This document shows positions 1-8,547 of a stretch of DNA of 32,000 bases, piece by piece. Position 1 is the first letter of the stretch; each line of letters starts with the position of its first letter. The stretch lies in assembly GCF_036323395.1 (NCBI RefSeq), contig NZ_AP028907.1, positions 750,001 to 782,000 of the forward strand, written 5' to 3'. Origin of the DNA: Pyrodictium abyssi (GTDB lineage: Archaea > Thermoproteota > Thermoprotei_A > Sulfolobales > Pyrodictiaceae). Both the position numbers and the translations under genes were made by a program. Under the pieces are notes generated by a model. That model did not search any database and had not been told where the DNA came from. It saw only the letters and a program-made list of their open reading frames with translations.

Positions 1-1098
1 AGCGTCCACCACCTGTGCTATGAACTGCGCCACGTTGCCCTGCAGCAGGCCGCTAACACCGCCCACGCTGGCGTCAGCGAATATGCCGGTAGCTATCGCG
101 CCCCATAGACCCCCCATACCGTGGACCGCCCAGGCGTCAAGACTCTCGTCTAGCCCACGCGCTATGCGGAACAGCATAGCACCGTAGCACAGCAGGCCCG
201 CGACCGCTCCTATCACAACCGCTGCCCCAGCACCAACATAGCCTGCTGCTGGCGTTATCGCCACCAGGCCTGCTACAGCACCGCTAGCAAGGCCTAGCGA
301 GCCCGGCTTATCGCGCACCCAGCTGGCAACGAGCCAGGCGAGAGCGCCCGCTGAGGCCGCTATGTGCGTCACCAGTAGCGCGTTAGCAGCAGACGCGTCC
401 GCGGCGAGCGCGCTCCCCGCGTTGAACCCGAACCAGCCGAACCATAGCAGCGCAGTGCCTATGAGCGTTAGCGGGATGTTGTGCGGAGCCATGTTGTACT
501 CTCCGTAGCCTATCCTCTTGCCCACTACAAGCGCTAGCACGAGCGCGGCAAAGCCCGACGTTATGTGCACCACCGTGCCTCCCGCGAAGTCTAGGGGCGC
601 CGCGCCAAGCGCCTCATGTAGCCAGGTGTGGAGCCAGCCACCTCCCCATACCCAGTGGGCTACAGGGTCGTAGACCAGTGTTGTCCAGAGCAGGCCGAAG
701 ACCAGGAAAGCGCCCAGCTTCACCCTCTCGGCCAGCGCGCTCGTCAGTATAGCCAGGGTTATGGCGGCGAATGTCATCTGGAACGCGACAAACGCTAGGT
801 GTGGCAGGCCCTCGAGCCCCGGCGTTGGCTGGTCTACCGCTATACCGCGGAGCCCAGCGTACTCGAGGCCGCCCACAAACCCGCCTAACACGTTGCCTCC
901 AAAGCTGAGGCTATAGCCCACCAGCACCCACTGGAGGCTAACCAGCACCATAGAAACGAACGACAGAGATATCATGGACACTACGTTCTTCCTCCTCACC
1001 ATACCGCCGTAAAAGAACCCCAGGCCCATAGTCATCAGCACTACCATCGACGTAGCCGCCAGTATCCAGGCAGCGTCCCCCGAACTAAACCCAGGCAT
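1..1098 (-). CDS. amt: ammonium transporter, Amt family (C-terminal part runs off the window start)
   Basis: Own translation of the minus strand from ATG at 1098-1096 gives [38 protein letters not shown]... It contains the Amt hallmarks [17 protein letters not shown] and [13 protein letters not shown]. It is absent from the ORF track because there is no stop in the window. Confidence 0.9.
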   Translation of the reverse strand, partial: MPGFSSGDAAWILAATSMVVLMTMGLGFFYGGMVRRKNVVSMISLSFVSMVLVSLQWVLVGYSLSFGGNVLGGFVGGLEYAGLRGIAVDQPTPGLEGLPHLAFVAFQMTFAAITLAILTSALAERVKLGAFLVFGLLWTTLVYDPVAHWVWGGGWLHTWLHEALGAAPLDFAGGTVVHITSGFAALVLALVVGKRIGYGEYNMAPHNIPLTLIGTALLWFGWFGFNAGSALAADASAANALLVTHIAASAGALAWLVASWVRDKPGSLGLASGAVAGLVAITPAAGYVGAGAAVVIGAVAGLLCYGAMLFRIARGLDESLDAWAVHGMGGLWGAIATGIFADASVGGVSGLLQGNVAQFIAQVVDA

Positions 1099-1399
1099 AT
1101 CACACCCAACCGCGGCGCCCCAGGAGAGCCACGAACAGGGCTAAAACACTTGCCGGCAAGGAGACGGGTAGCCCACATGGGTTCTACAACAACACGAATG
1201 CAGGAAATACAACACCTCTACAGAATTACAGCCAACAGTCGCGAACACTCTAGAGGCTAGAGCCCCTGCGGAACCGTACAACAATCGAAGCCAGCTAGGT
1301 GTAGAAACAACCTAACCCAGAGAACAAGCAACAAGGGCCCCGCCGGGAGTGAGGGGAAGAATCGAGTTGAGGGTACGCAAGAGGATCATGAGAGGGGTG

Positions 1400-1433
1400 T
1401 GGCGCCGGGGGCGGGATTTGAACCCGCGCGGCC
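1400..1433. repeat. attL core (direct repeat, tRNA-Ser 3' end)
   Basis: TGGCGCCGGGGGCGGGATTTGAACCCGCGCGGCC is identical to 24044-24077. After a 5/7-nt divergent stretch, a further 20 nt (GGCCACCGGCTCTCCAGGCC) are also identical. Confidence 0.85.
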
Positions 1434-1490
1434 GGTGCGGCCACCGGCTCTCCAGGCCAGTGGCCCCCGGCGATGGTAGTATGCCCCGGC
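1400..1490 (-). pseudogene. tRNA-Ser-like remnant at attL (acceptor, anticodon GGA, variable and T arms recognisable; D arm absent)
   Basis: The reverse complement reads GCCGGGGCATACTACCATCGCCGGGGGCCACTGGCCTGGAGAGCCGGTGGCCGCACCGGCCGCGCGGGTTCAAATCCCGCCCCCGGCGCCA. No D-stem/loop (no GAGCGG-type loop) can be drawn. The variable arm differs from the intact copy by compensatory changes. Confidence 0.6.
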
Positions 1491-1523
1491 CCGGGCCTTG
1501 GGGCGGAGGCTTTCTAAGACAGA

Positions 1524-1540
1524 GTGTACACAGTGTACAC
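1524..1540. promoter_or_regulatory. tandem 8-bp palindromes GTGTACAC-A-GTGTACAC (candidate operator upstream of the AbrB-like gene)
   Basis: GTGTACAC occurs at 1524-1531 and 1533-1540. The pair lies just inside attL and directly 5' of the likely TTG start at 1554. Confidence 0.35.
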
Positions 1541-1721
1541 ACGGTGCCGGAGCTTGGGCCGCGGCCTACTCAAGGTCCAGAGGAAGCCCGCCGGCGAGCG
1601 CACCATACTCTACGTGCATCTACCCAAGGAGTGGGTAGACCGCCTAGGACTACGCGAGGGAGACTACGTGGAATGGGAGATCGACGGCCGGGGCCGGCTG
1701 GTCTTGAAGAAGCTGCGGTGA
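1524..1721 (+). CDS. AbrB/SpoVT-like swapped-hairpin DNA-binding protein (true start probably the in-frame TTG at 1554)
   Basis: The track ORF C-terminal part ILYVHLPKEWVDRLGLREGDYVEWEIDGRGRLVLKK fits the AbrB/MazE-type pattern: hydrophobic strand, P, LGL, GD, short strands. The first 10 codons overlap the palindromic operator-like repeat. Confidence 0.55.
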   Translation: MYTVYTRCRSLGRGLLKVQRKPAGERTILYVHLPKEWVDRLGLREGDYVEWEIDGRGRLVLKKLR

Positions 1722-1798
1722 GCTCACCCGCAGTGTATACCGAAAGTTTTCGGGTCTACGCGCGGGAAGGTGGACGTAGACTAGGTAGACCGGTCCAC

Positions 1799-2281
1799 CT
1801 AGTGGAGTAGCCGTGGCAGTATCTTGGCTATCTTCTCCCAGTCGCGTAGACTCATTACGGTTTCAACTCTGCTGCCTGGCCCCCAGATCGGCAGCTCCTC
1901 GGGGGTTATCTCGCGCAGCAGAGCGCCCGGCATGAGTAGGATCACGCGCGGATACACGGAGCCTATAGGCTCGTTTACGCGGTCTACCCCGGCTTCGAAA
2001 AGGGCCACGTAGATGGCTACGCGCCCGTCTACGAGCGCATAGCCGTAGGCCCCTTTCCGTCCGCACATAATACCCGCAGCCGGGGCCACATGCTCGGCTA
2101 TGCAGCACGCCAGGCGGTCTACATTGACCCTGTACTCGGAGGGCCTAAGCTCCAGCTCCTCTAGGACACCGTGCTCGACCAGGGACGGCAGCATCTTAGC
2201 CACTTTCCCCGGGATCGTAGGGACGCCCGGGACTCCGTCTAGGAGCCCTAGAAGCTCCCTCAGCTCCTCGACGCTGCACAC
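1799..2281 (-). CDS. hypothetical protein
   Basis: Track ORF of 160 aa with balanced composition. It lies downstream of, and on the same strand as, the integrase-like gene. Confidence 0.55.
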   Translation of the reverse strand: MCSVEELRELLGLLDGVPGVPTIPGKVAKMLPSLVEHGVLEELELRPSEYRVNVDRLACCIAEHVAPAAGIMCGRKGAYGYALVDGRVAIYVALFEAGVDRVNEPIGSVYPRVILLMPGALLREITPEELPIWGPGSRVETVMSLRDWEKIAKILPRLLH

Positions 2282-2289
2282 CCTCCACC

Positions 2290-2307
2290 ACCAGGCCGCG
2301 GCCTGGT
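2290..2307. repeat. 18-bp perfect palindrome ACCAGGCCGCGGCCTGGT (extended copy of the element-wide GGCCGCGGCC motif), intergenic
   Basis: Read directly from the sequence. It lies between the integrase-like ORF stop (2335) and the next ORF start (2281). Confidence 0.9.
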
Positions 2308-2334
2308 TTGGTTAGCTGGTGCACAGGCAAAGGT

Positions 2335-3351
2335 TCACTGCTCCTCTAACAGGAGGCTTCGAGGCGCTACGTTCTCCTCGAGCCAGCGGGCGAATCGGTG
2401 GTACTCCATTTTGACCAGGTCCTCTAGGCTGATGTAGTTCTCCTCGGTCGTCTTTGTCTTCACGGCGCTGGGGATCTGGATGAGCTCGGCGCCTGGGTCG
2501 TGGCCGCCTACGTGGGCCGCGGCCTGGGGTCCCAGCATCCTCGCTATATGGTGCAGAGAGAACTTCCGGATGTACTTCGGCGCGGGCGCTCCCTTGCCTG
2601 CCGCGTGTTTTGCTAGCTTGTCCCGGCGCGGCGGCCTGTAGCCCTGCTCCACGGCCTTGTTTACCGCCTCGTAGAGCCACCCCGGCATGTAGAAGCCGTA
2701 GACATGTTTATGGCTCTGCCTCTTGCTCTTCGACTGTATGCACCATCTGCGGAACAGCTCGTAGTCGGGCTCCGGGAGGGGGTCGCTTCCCCCGCCCTGT
2801 TCCTCGAGGAACCGCAGATAGTTCCTAAGCGCCAGGACGTGCCACTTATTCAGCTTCATGGTGTATAGGTCCTCTCTCCGAAGCGGCCAGCGGAACTTCC
2901 GGAGATACGATACGTACGTGCCGCAGGTCCTCTCCGGGTTCTTCTCCGGCCAGCCCGGGGGAGCCACTATGCGCAGACAGCCGCCGGCTATAGGCTCGGT
3001 TCGCACTGCTACGCTCCCCCAGTCCCCCAGCAGCCGCAGCACATGCTCCGGCCGGGCAGCCGTGTACAAGAGCACGTAGTAGACGAGGCGATAGCGGGGC
3101 CTAAGCCTGGGAAGACTGGTCCGCACCTGCTCCACCGGAGGGACGTAGCGGTCCTCCCCGCTCTCCGGCACACGCAACGCCTCCATCCTCCTCCACGCCT
3201 CGAGGCTTCCTCCCCAGGCCGCGGCCTGGGGCAGGGACTCGAGGACCACCGGGATCGCTGTACCGTCCTCGAGCACTATCGCGTACCTGCCGTCGGCGAG
3301 CTGGATGAGTCTGCCTAGTTTGGGCTTAGTCTCCAATATGAGCACCCACAT
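2335..3351 (-). CDS. int: tyrosine-recombinase-like integrase
   Basis: 338-aa track ORF near attL. The C-terminal region KYIRKFSLHHIARMLG...AHVGGHDPG...EENYISL resembles box II (R, H/G-H, catalytic Y) of archaeal integrases. TAARPEHVLRL is a possible box I Arg. Assignment is by motif only. Confidence 0.65.
   Translation of the reverse strand: MWVLILETKPKLGRLIQLADGRYAIVLEDGTAIPVVLESLPQAAAWGGSLEAWRRMEALRVPESGEDRYVPPVEQVRTSLPRLRPRYRLVYYVLLYTAARPEHVLRLLGDWGSVAVRTEPIAGGCLRIVAPPGWPEKNPERTCGTYVSYLRKFRWPLRREDLYTMKLNKWHVLALRNYLRFLEEQGGGSDPLPEPDYELFRRWCIQSKSKRQSHKHVYGFYMPGWLYEAVNKAVEQGYRPPRRDKLAKHAAGKGAPAPKYIRKFSLHHIARMLGPQAAAHVGGHDPGAELIQIPSAVKTKTTEENYISLEDLVKMEYHRFARWLEENVAPRSLLLEEQ
3212..3231. repeat. 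20-bp perfect palindrome CCCCAGGCCGCGGCCTGGGG inside the integrase-like ORF
   Basis: Read directly from the sequence. It encodes PQAAAWG on the minus strand. Confidence 0.9.
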
Positions 3352-3412
3352 GCTCCCCTATGGCTTGTGTCGCCTGTGGGTCTGGGGCGGGCTCAATGGT
3401 GTTTGAAAATAT

Positions 3413-4411
3413 CTAGCTTGGGGTTAGGCCGAGTTGCTCTAGCATGTCGCGTTTCACGTAGAGGGTTGCATTCTTGACTATGAGCTTGTACTTCTGGTTG
3501 TTCCATGGCCGGATCTCTATGTGTGGGAGAAGGCGCTTGACGAGGTAGAGTGCTGCTCCTAGTTGCTGTTTGAGGGTTGCGTGCTCGGCCGCGGCCTGGG
3601 GCCCTACGTGCAGGCGCTTAACGCGCGCCAGCACCGCCTTCCTCCTTGCTACTTCCTCTTCTATGTCCTCGGGCCGCGTGTAGGCCCGGATCAGCCACTT
3701 ACGCCTCTTCATCAGCGCTACGCCGGTGTACAGGCCGCGCAGTATCTGGCCCGGCTCGTCGCTGGTGACCATCGCCGATATCTCGTCCAGCGCCTGTAGC
3801 GCTGCTGAGCCGAGCATCCGGCCTATGACTCGTAGATCCGAGGGCTCGTCGGGGTAGTCCTTGAATATCTTGAGGACGCTGGTCCTACGCACGCTTATAT
3901 CGACGAGCGTGTACACCTGTGCCGTCCATACTATGTGTGTGTAGCCGGTGAAGCCTAGGTTCTCGAGCCGGTGGCGGACCATGACAAGCGCCTTCGTTTG
4001 CTCGACGTTCTCCTGGCTCATCGCCCGGCGCCCATGCATACCCTCCGCTGCTATGACGTCGTCCATGAAGATGTAGAGGTACCAGTAGTCCTGGAGCGGT
4101 AGATCGGCGACAGCATCCAGGACCACCTGCAGCGGCACCTCCTGCGCGTAGACGTACGCTATCCTATCGTCGTCGACCCCGTGGACGTCAAGCAGATACT
4201 GAACGGCCTCCCCGAGCTTCGCCTCGACGAACGACGTCTTGCCGAAACCCATTGGAGCTATAACCAGCGTCGAGCGGAGGAGCTTCGGCACCCTCCTCAC
4301 AGTCTCCGGCTTCGGTGCCACGTAGCGAAGGAACCGCCGCGTATCCCTCCCCGTCTCCTCGCGGACCTCGACACGAGGGATCTCGACGCCCGTGCTCAGC
4401 ACCGTATACAC
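3413..4411 (-). CDS. P-loop NTPase
   Basis: Walker A is APMGFGKTS and Walker B-like is LYIFMDDV, in a 332-aa track ORF. The subfamily cannot be resolved by eye. Confidence 0.7.
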   Translation of the reverse strand: MYTVLSTGVEIPRVEVREETGRDTRRFLRYVAPKPETVRRVPKLLRSTLVIAPMGFGKTSFVEAKLGEAVQYLLDVHGVDDDRIAYVYAQEVPLQVVLDAVADLPLQDYWYLYIFMDDVIAAEGMHGRRAMSQENVEQTKALVMVRHRLENLGFTGYTHIVWTAQVYTLVDISVRRTSVLKIFKDYPDEPSDLRVIGRMLGSAALQALDEISAMVTSDEPGQILRGLYTGVALMKRRKWLIRAYTRPEDIEEEVARRKAVLARVKRLHVGPQAAAEHATLKQQLGAALYLVKRLLPHIEIRPWNNQKYKLIVKNATLYVKRDMLEQLGLTPS

Positions 4412-4412
4412 C

Positions 4413-4784
4413 TCACTCTATAGAGATCGCTGATACCCTGACCAGGAGCCCCTCGAGGTACAATGCCTTGACGATCTGCTCTAGGGCCTGGTTCGCGTCG
4501 TTCCAGGCCGCGGCCAGGATCCCCTTCTCGTTCCCGCCCAGCTTCTCGAACAGCTTCGCTATGGAGTCGCCGAGCGACTCCGGTATAGTCGCCTTCTTTC
4601 CCACCACAGGCCTAGCGAGGTAGTAGAGCTGCCAGATGCAGCCAATGAACGCCTTGAGCCGGTCCCGGGCGGGCATCTTCGGATCTACTATCCAGAACCG
4701 TGTGCCTAGCTCGGCGCAGCGGTCAAGCTGCCGGTGCAGCACCATCAAGTAGTCCATACTCTCCTTGACTACGGACAGGCTCAT
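4413..4784 (-). CDS. hypothetical protein
   Basis: Track ORF of 123 aa. Its start overlaps the upstream stop by 1 nt (TAATG), which indicates operon coupling. Confidence 0.55.
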   Translation of the reverse strand: MSLSVVKESMDYLMVLHRQLDRCAELGTRFWIVDPKMPARDRLKAFIGCIWQLYYLARPVVGKKATIPESLGDSIAKLFEKLGGNEKGILAAAWNDANQALEQIVKALYLEGLLVRVSAISIE

Positions 4785-5155
4785 TAGAGTGCCACCTCGC
4801 CGACCTCGCTCTCCTCAGCCATCTTCTCCAGCTCGTCTATGGTCATCGGGATGCCCTTCTCGGCGGCGCAAGCCGCGGCCGCGTAGGCCAGCAGATGGCG
4901 GGCATACGGGCTCGGCTTCGGCGGGCGTATCTTAGCCTCCCAGTCTATCATGTCGAGTGCAGCTAGGCTCCCCACGACGCCCTCCGGGAGCAGCTCGGTC
5001 TCGAGTATGCGCTGCCCCTTCTCACAGCTAGTCGCCAGCATGAGCAGCGCAGCGTACTTCTCATCGACCCAGCCCCTGAAGTCCTCCAGCGTGACCTCCT
5101 TGCTCTTGCGGAATATCCGCAGCAGACTAGCACCACTAATGTACACCATGCTCAC
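4784..5155 (-). CDS. hypothetical protein (alternative ATG start at 5149)
   Basis: Track ORF of 123 aa. The junction with the upstream gene reads AGGAGGTGAGCATGG, i.e. stop TGA inside an SD-like GGAGGTGA. Confidence 0.55.
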   Translation of the reverse strand: MSMVYISGASLLRIFRKSKEVTLEDFRGWVDEKYAALLMLATSCEKGQRILETELLPEGVVGSLAALDMIDWEAKIRPPKPSPYARHLLAYAAAACAAEKGIPMTIDELEKMAEESEVGEVAL

Positions 5156-5547
5156 CTCCTAGCGCTCTCCACCTTGGCGATGGCTTCCTCAGCCAGCCTC
5201 TTCACGTCGACATACCTGGAGCCCACCTTCAGCCTCTGCGGGAGCTTCTTCCTAGCCTTCACGTAGGCCACCAGCCTCACAATCGCGTCCAGCACGGCCC
5301 CCGAGGCTCCATGCCTCTTGGCCAGGAATGGCACGAAGTCCACGCGCTGTACGAACAGCTCCTGCGTCATCCTTATCTTGCGGCATGTCCCCTGCTCGTA
5401 TGTCCATCCCCTACGTAGATCCCGGAGTATGAGCCTTAGGACGCCAGCAGCCTCGCGGAGAGTGTCTATGCCGGGGCGCCTAAGCCTGCGCACGTACACG
5501 CCCTCCCTTCTCGCGTAGCACGAGTCACGGCCCATGTAGACCGGCAC
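5152..5547 (-). CDS. hypothetical basic protein
   Basis: Track ORF of 131 aa with a GTG start 8 nt after the upstream stop. Same operon. Confidence 0.55.
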   Translation of the reverse strand: MPVYMGRDSCYARREGVYVRRLRRPGIDTLREAAGVLRLILRDLRRGWTYEQGTCRKIRMTQELFVQRVDFVPFLAKRHGASGAVLDAIVRLVAYVKARKKLPQRLKVGSRYVDVKRLAEEAIAKVESARR

Positions 5548-5554
5548 GGCCTCC

Positions 5555-6382
5555 TCACCTCCGGCCGCGGCCTGGGGCTACTAGGAGCAGCCCAAGGAGC
5601 GCGGCAGCCGCAGCACCCGCCAGCGCGTACTTGACGCGCTCATCGCTGAGGCTGATCTCCGCCTTCGGCGTCATCACCGTGATGGTATCCGAGGGCTTGG
5701 CGGGCGTCGGGTCGTCGGGCACCTCTACCCTGTTGTCCTCAAGCCATACAGAGAACTGTACACGGCGGGGGAGCTGGTCCTTCTCATCGCATGGGAGGTC
5801 CCACGTTATGGCTGCTGCTAGCTTCTTACCTTCGGGGAGCTTCTTTGCATCCACGACTAGGCAGCCTTGCCCGCTGCTTAGCGGTATGTAGCTGCCTAGC
5901 GGAAGGGCTGCGGCGAGGGGCACGACGCCGCCGTAGTATGCTACTGCGTCGTTGTAGACCGCTATGAAGAGGAACCGCTGTTCGGTCTGGGCGTGCTCGG
6001 ATGAGTCGTCGCTGGTTATCTTTGCGCATATCTTGAACGTCTTGAAGTATTTCTTTATCGTGCCGCTTTCTGGCGCAATTGGGACGTAGATGACTCGTAT
6101 CCCCTTAGATGAATAGATTGTTTTGCTTACTTGCAGCTCACCGTCTACACGGTATTCGTCTATGACATTGTACCTGCAGTCTGTCACCAGAATCTTGGAG
6201 CTCGTGTCCCACGTTATCTCGACCGTCCTCGCCGCTGCATGCAGGACTGCGGCTGGGAGGACTAGGAGGGCTAGGGCCGCGGCCAGGGCTAGTCTAGACT
6301 TGTGCACGGCTCGGCACCGGTCTAGGTGGGGGCGGCTTCTCGGTGTTAGCCCTGCTCCACGTGAGCACCCCATCGTTTCCAT
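5555..6382 (-). CDS. secreted, C-terminally anchored module protein (signal peptide, ectodomain, KYALAG anchor, GRGRR)
   Basis: Start trimmed to METMG (ATG 6382-6380; a GTG at 6307 is also possible), because the track start at 6565 would overlap the divergent gene. The N-terminal h-region is RLALAAALALLVLPAAVLHAAA. The C-terminus is TPKAEISLSDERVKYALAGAAAAALLGLLLVAPGRGRR. Confidence 0.65.
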   Translation of the reverse strand: METMGCSRGAGLTPRSRPHLDRCRAVHKSRLALAAALALLVLPAAVLHAAARTVEITWDTSSKILVTDCRYNVIDEYRVDGELQVSKTIYSSKGIRVIYVPIAPESGTIKKYFKTFKICAKITSDDSSEHAQTEQRFLFIAVYNDAVAYYGGVVPLAAALPLGSYIPLSSGQGCLVVDAKKLPEGKKLAAAITWDLPCDEKDQLPRRVQFSVWLEDNRVEVPDDPTPAKPSDTITVMTPKAEISLSDERVKYALAGAAAAALLGLLLVAPGRGRR

Positions 6383-6461
6383 GTTCTGCTCAAGGCCAGC
6401 AGGGCTAACACAACCCAGAGCGCAAGTATAGAAGCCGAAGAACCCCGGGACAGGTGATAGC

Positions 6462-8300
6462 ATGAATAGGCATAGACTCCTCCCGGCCCTAGGCCTACTA
6501 GCCCTACTCCTCATAGCAGGCATAGCGAGCGCGGAGCAGGAGATGCTGCGCGCCGACCTCGACAAGACGCTCTTCTTCTGGACGCAGAAGGACTACGTGA
6601 GGTTCTGTCGGGATAGAAGCGGTAACCCCAGCTACACAGACAAGGCAATATTGTTCGTGGACGATGAGCTGCCTGCTAGCAGGATAGCTAGCATTCAGCT
6701 GGACCTGCAGAACTACGTGCAGCGTTACGTGAAGGTGGACTTCGACCAGTACGCGGGGAACGAGTATCTCGTCATCCAGTCATCGTCGTACGACCTGGAT
6801 TGGGCTGACAAGTACAGCGGCATACCGCTGCTGGTCCACATAGTGACTGAGGACGGGGAGACGATCCGTGTGCCAGCGTTCATGGGGATGCCAGAGTTCA
6901 ACACTGCTGGCCACTGGTGGTACGGTTGGCGCGTTGGCGAGATTCAGCTAGTCGTCCACCTCCCCGTCGACCCGAGCAGGATAGCAGCGCTCGTAGTGTA
7001 TCCAGACGACAGGGAGGGCGTGGTAAACTCGAACGACTGTGTGGGCTACTGGCAGCTCATGGTGGGCTTCGCCCCCGAGGACGCCATAGTAAATCCGAAC
7101 GTCAACGTGACCGTGAAGCCAGACATCAAGGTGCAGGGCGATAGCAAGCCTGTGGTCATAACCCAGACCGTGAGAGAGGAGCACATGGCCGGCCGGGAGA
7201 ACCCCGGCGACGGCGACGCGAAGCTGAAGTACGCGCTGGCGGGCGCGGTCGGCGGCGCGATGCTCGTGGGGATAATACTGGTGGCTGTGAACGGCCGCGG
7301 CCGGAAGCACGCCATAGTCTTCCTAGCCCTAGGCGCGGCACTGGCACTGGCCGCCCATGCCCACGCCGCCACGATCGACGCCAGCAACGCCCAGGACCTC
7401 CAGCACCTCATAGTCTACTCCAACGCCACGATAACTATCAGCGCTAACGAGACCGGGATCGTAGTCAGCAATCAGGACAACGCTACCGCGCTGGTGGTCC
7501 TCAACCCGCTGTTCGGCTACGTGCTGCGGGGCCTGCACGGCGCGTACCCCGTGCTGGTGAACACCACGGACTACAGCGTGGTGCTCGTGATAGCGAACGA
7601 GACGAGCCTCGACGCCGTGGGGATGCGTAGGGGCGACGGGGCTGCGCTGGGCCTGCTGGTGCCGGCGAACAGCAGCGCTGTGGTCGAGAGCATAGACTAC
7701 GATGCGGATAGCAGCGGCGTGCCCGTCGGCGTCGAGGGGCTTAGCAGCATCAGCCCGCCGCCGGACTACAAGCTGGCCGGGGACAGGTCGGGTTCAGACA
7801 CAGAGCACTGGACGTGGACGATGCCGGTAAGCGGCACGCTATGGCTCGCGTTCAACCCCGGCGAGGGCAGGAAGAGCGACGGCAGCACCGACTACCCGTT
7901 CTTCGGCGAGATACGCTTCGTGGACCCCAACGGCCGCGGCCTGGGCTACATGTTCTGCCACGTCCACGAGTGCCAGCCGGGCAAGTACCAGATACTAACG
8001 TACGTCGCCGGCCCCGGCGAGGTAAAGTTCGACGTGTTCCGCGACAGCAGCGTAACAACCGTGACAATGGGCTGGAGGCTAGTCTGGGCCTACAAGGCCG
8101 ACTCGGGCGACAGCAATAGCCCGCCCGTAGATGGAGGCGGCGACGTGCAGCCGGCGCCGAATCCTAACCCGACGCAGACGGCGCAGCCGGACACCCCCAA
8201 GGCTGAGATCAACATGGACAGCGAGACGACCAAGTACGCGGTAGCCGGCGCCGCGGCCATAGTCTTCCTAGCCATAGTGGTGCTGGCTACGAGGAGGTGA
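6462..8300 (+). CDS. two-module surface protein or polyprotein (SP, ectodomain A, anchor-GRGRK, SP-like, sequon-rich ectodomain B, anchor-RR)
   Basis: 612-aa track ORF. The N-terminal signal peptide is LLPALGLLALLLIAGIASA. The internal junction is KLKYALAGAVGGAMLVGIILVAVNGRGRK-HAIVFLALGAALALAAHAHA-ATID. The C-terminus is TPKAEINMDSETTKYAVAGAAAIVFLAIVVLATRR. The second half has many N-X-S/T sequons. Confidence 0.75.
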   Translation: MNRHRLLPALGLLALLLIAGIASAEQEMLRADLDKTLFFWTQKDYVRFCRDRSGNPSYTDKAILFVDDELPASRIASIQLDLQNYVQRYVKVDFDQYAGNEYLVIQSSSYDLDWADKYSGIPLLVHIVTEDGETIRVPAFMGMPEFNTAGHWWYGWRVGEIQLVVHLPVDPSRIAALVVYPDDREGVVNSNDCVGYWQLMVGFAPEDAIVNPNVNVTVKPDIKVQGDSKPVVITQTVREEHMAGRENPGDGDAKLKYALAGAVGGAMLVGIILVAVNGRGRKHAIVFLALGAALALAAHAHAATIDASNAQDLQHLIVYSNATITISANETGIVVSNQDNATALVVLNPLFGYVLRGLHGAYPVLVNTTDYSVVLVIANETSLDAVGMRRGDGAALGLLVPANSSAVVESIDYDADSSGVPVGVEGLSSISPPPDYKLAGDRSGSDTEHWTWTMPVSGTLWLAFNPGEGRKSDGSTDYPFFGEIRFVDPNGRGLGYMFCHVHECQPGKYQILTYVAGPGEVKFDVFRDSSVTTVTMGWRLVWAYKADSGDSNSPPVDGGGDVQPAPNPNPTQTAQPDTPKAEINMDSETTKYAVAGAAAIVFLAIVVLATRR

Positions 8301-8307
8301 TAGTGCT

Positions 8308-8499
8308 ATGGGCGTGAGGGCTAGGCTGGGCGGGCTCGCCTCGGCGGCCGGGCCGCTGGCTCTGGTGCTCTTCATAGCGGGCCTAGGCGCGGTAGTGGCT
8401 GTCGCCATGAAGCCGGATCTGGCGAAGTACGCGGCATACGGAGTCGGCGTCATAGGAGCATTCGCCGGCTTCGTGCTCGCCGCAACCCGCCGGCGCTAG
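8308..8499 (+). CDS. small membrane protein, ectodomain-less minimal module
   Basis: 63 aa. An SP-like helix (PLALVLFIAGLGAVVAVA) is followed directly by AKYAAYGVGVIGAFAGFVLAATRRR. AGGAGGTGA lies 8 nt upstream of the ATG. Confidence 0.5.
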   Translation: MGVRARLGGLASAAGPLALVLFIAGLGAVVAVAMKPDLAKYAAYGVGVIGAFAGFVLAATRRR

Positions 8500-8547
8500 C
8501 CCGCACCCACTCTTTTTCCCGTCGACAGCCACTCCTGGGGTGAGACT

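Noticed and set aside
1400-1490. Second functional tRNA-Ser gene at attL.
   Set aside because: No D stem or loop can be drawn, and the 5' region is unrelated to the intact copy. It is treated as an att-associated remnant.
1349-1810. 153-aa plus-strand ORF spanning the tRNA remnant and the AbrB-like gene.
   Set aside because: It runs across the att/tRNA-like sequence and has R/G/P-rich composition. It is an out-of-frame artefact.
2335-3351. SSV-type integration, in which the integrase gene is split by recombination at an attP inside the gene.
   Set aside because: The integrase-like ORF is intact and lies ~900 bp from attL with another ORF in between. No integrase fragment is visible next to attR.
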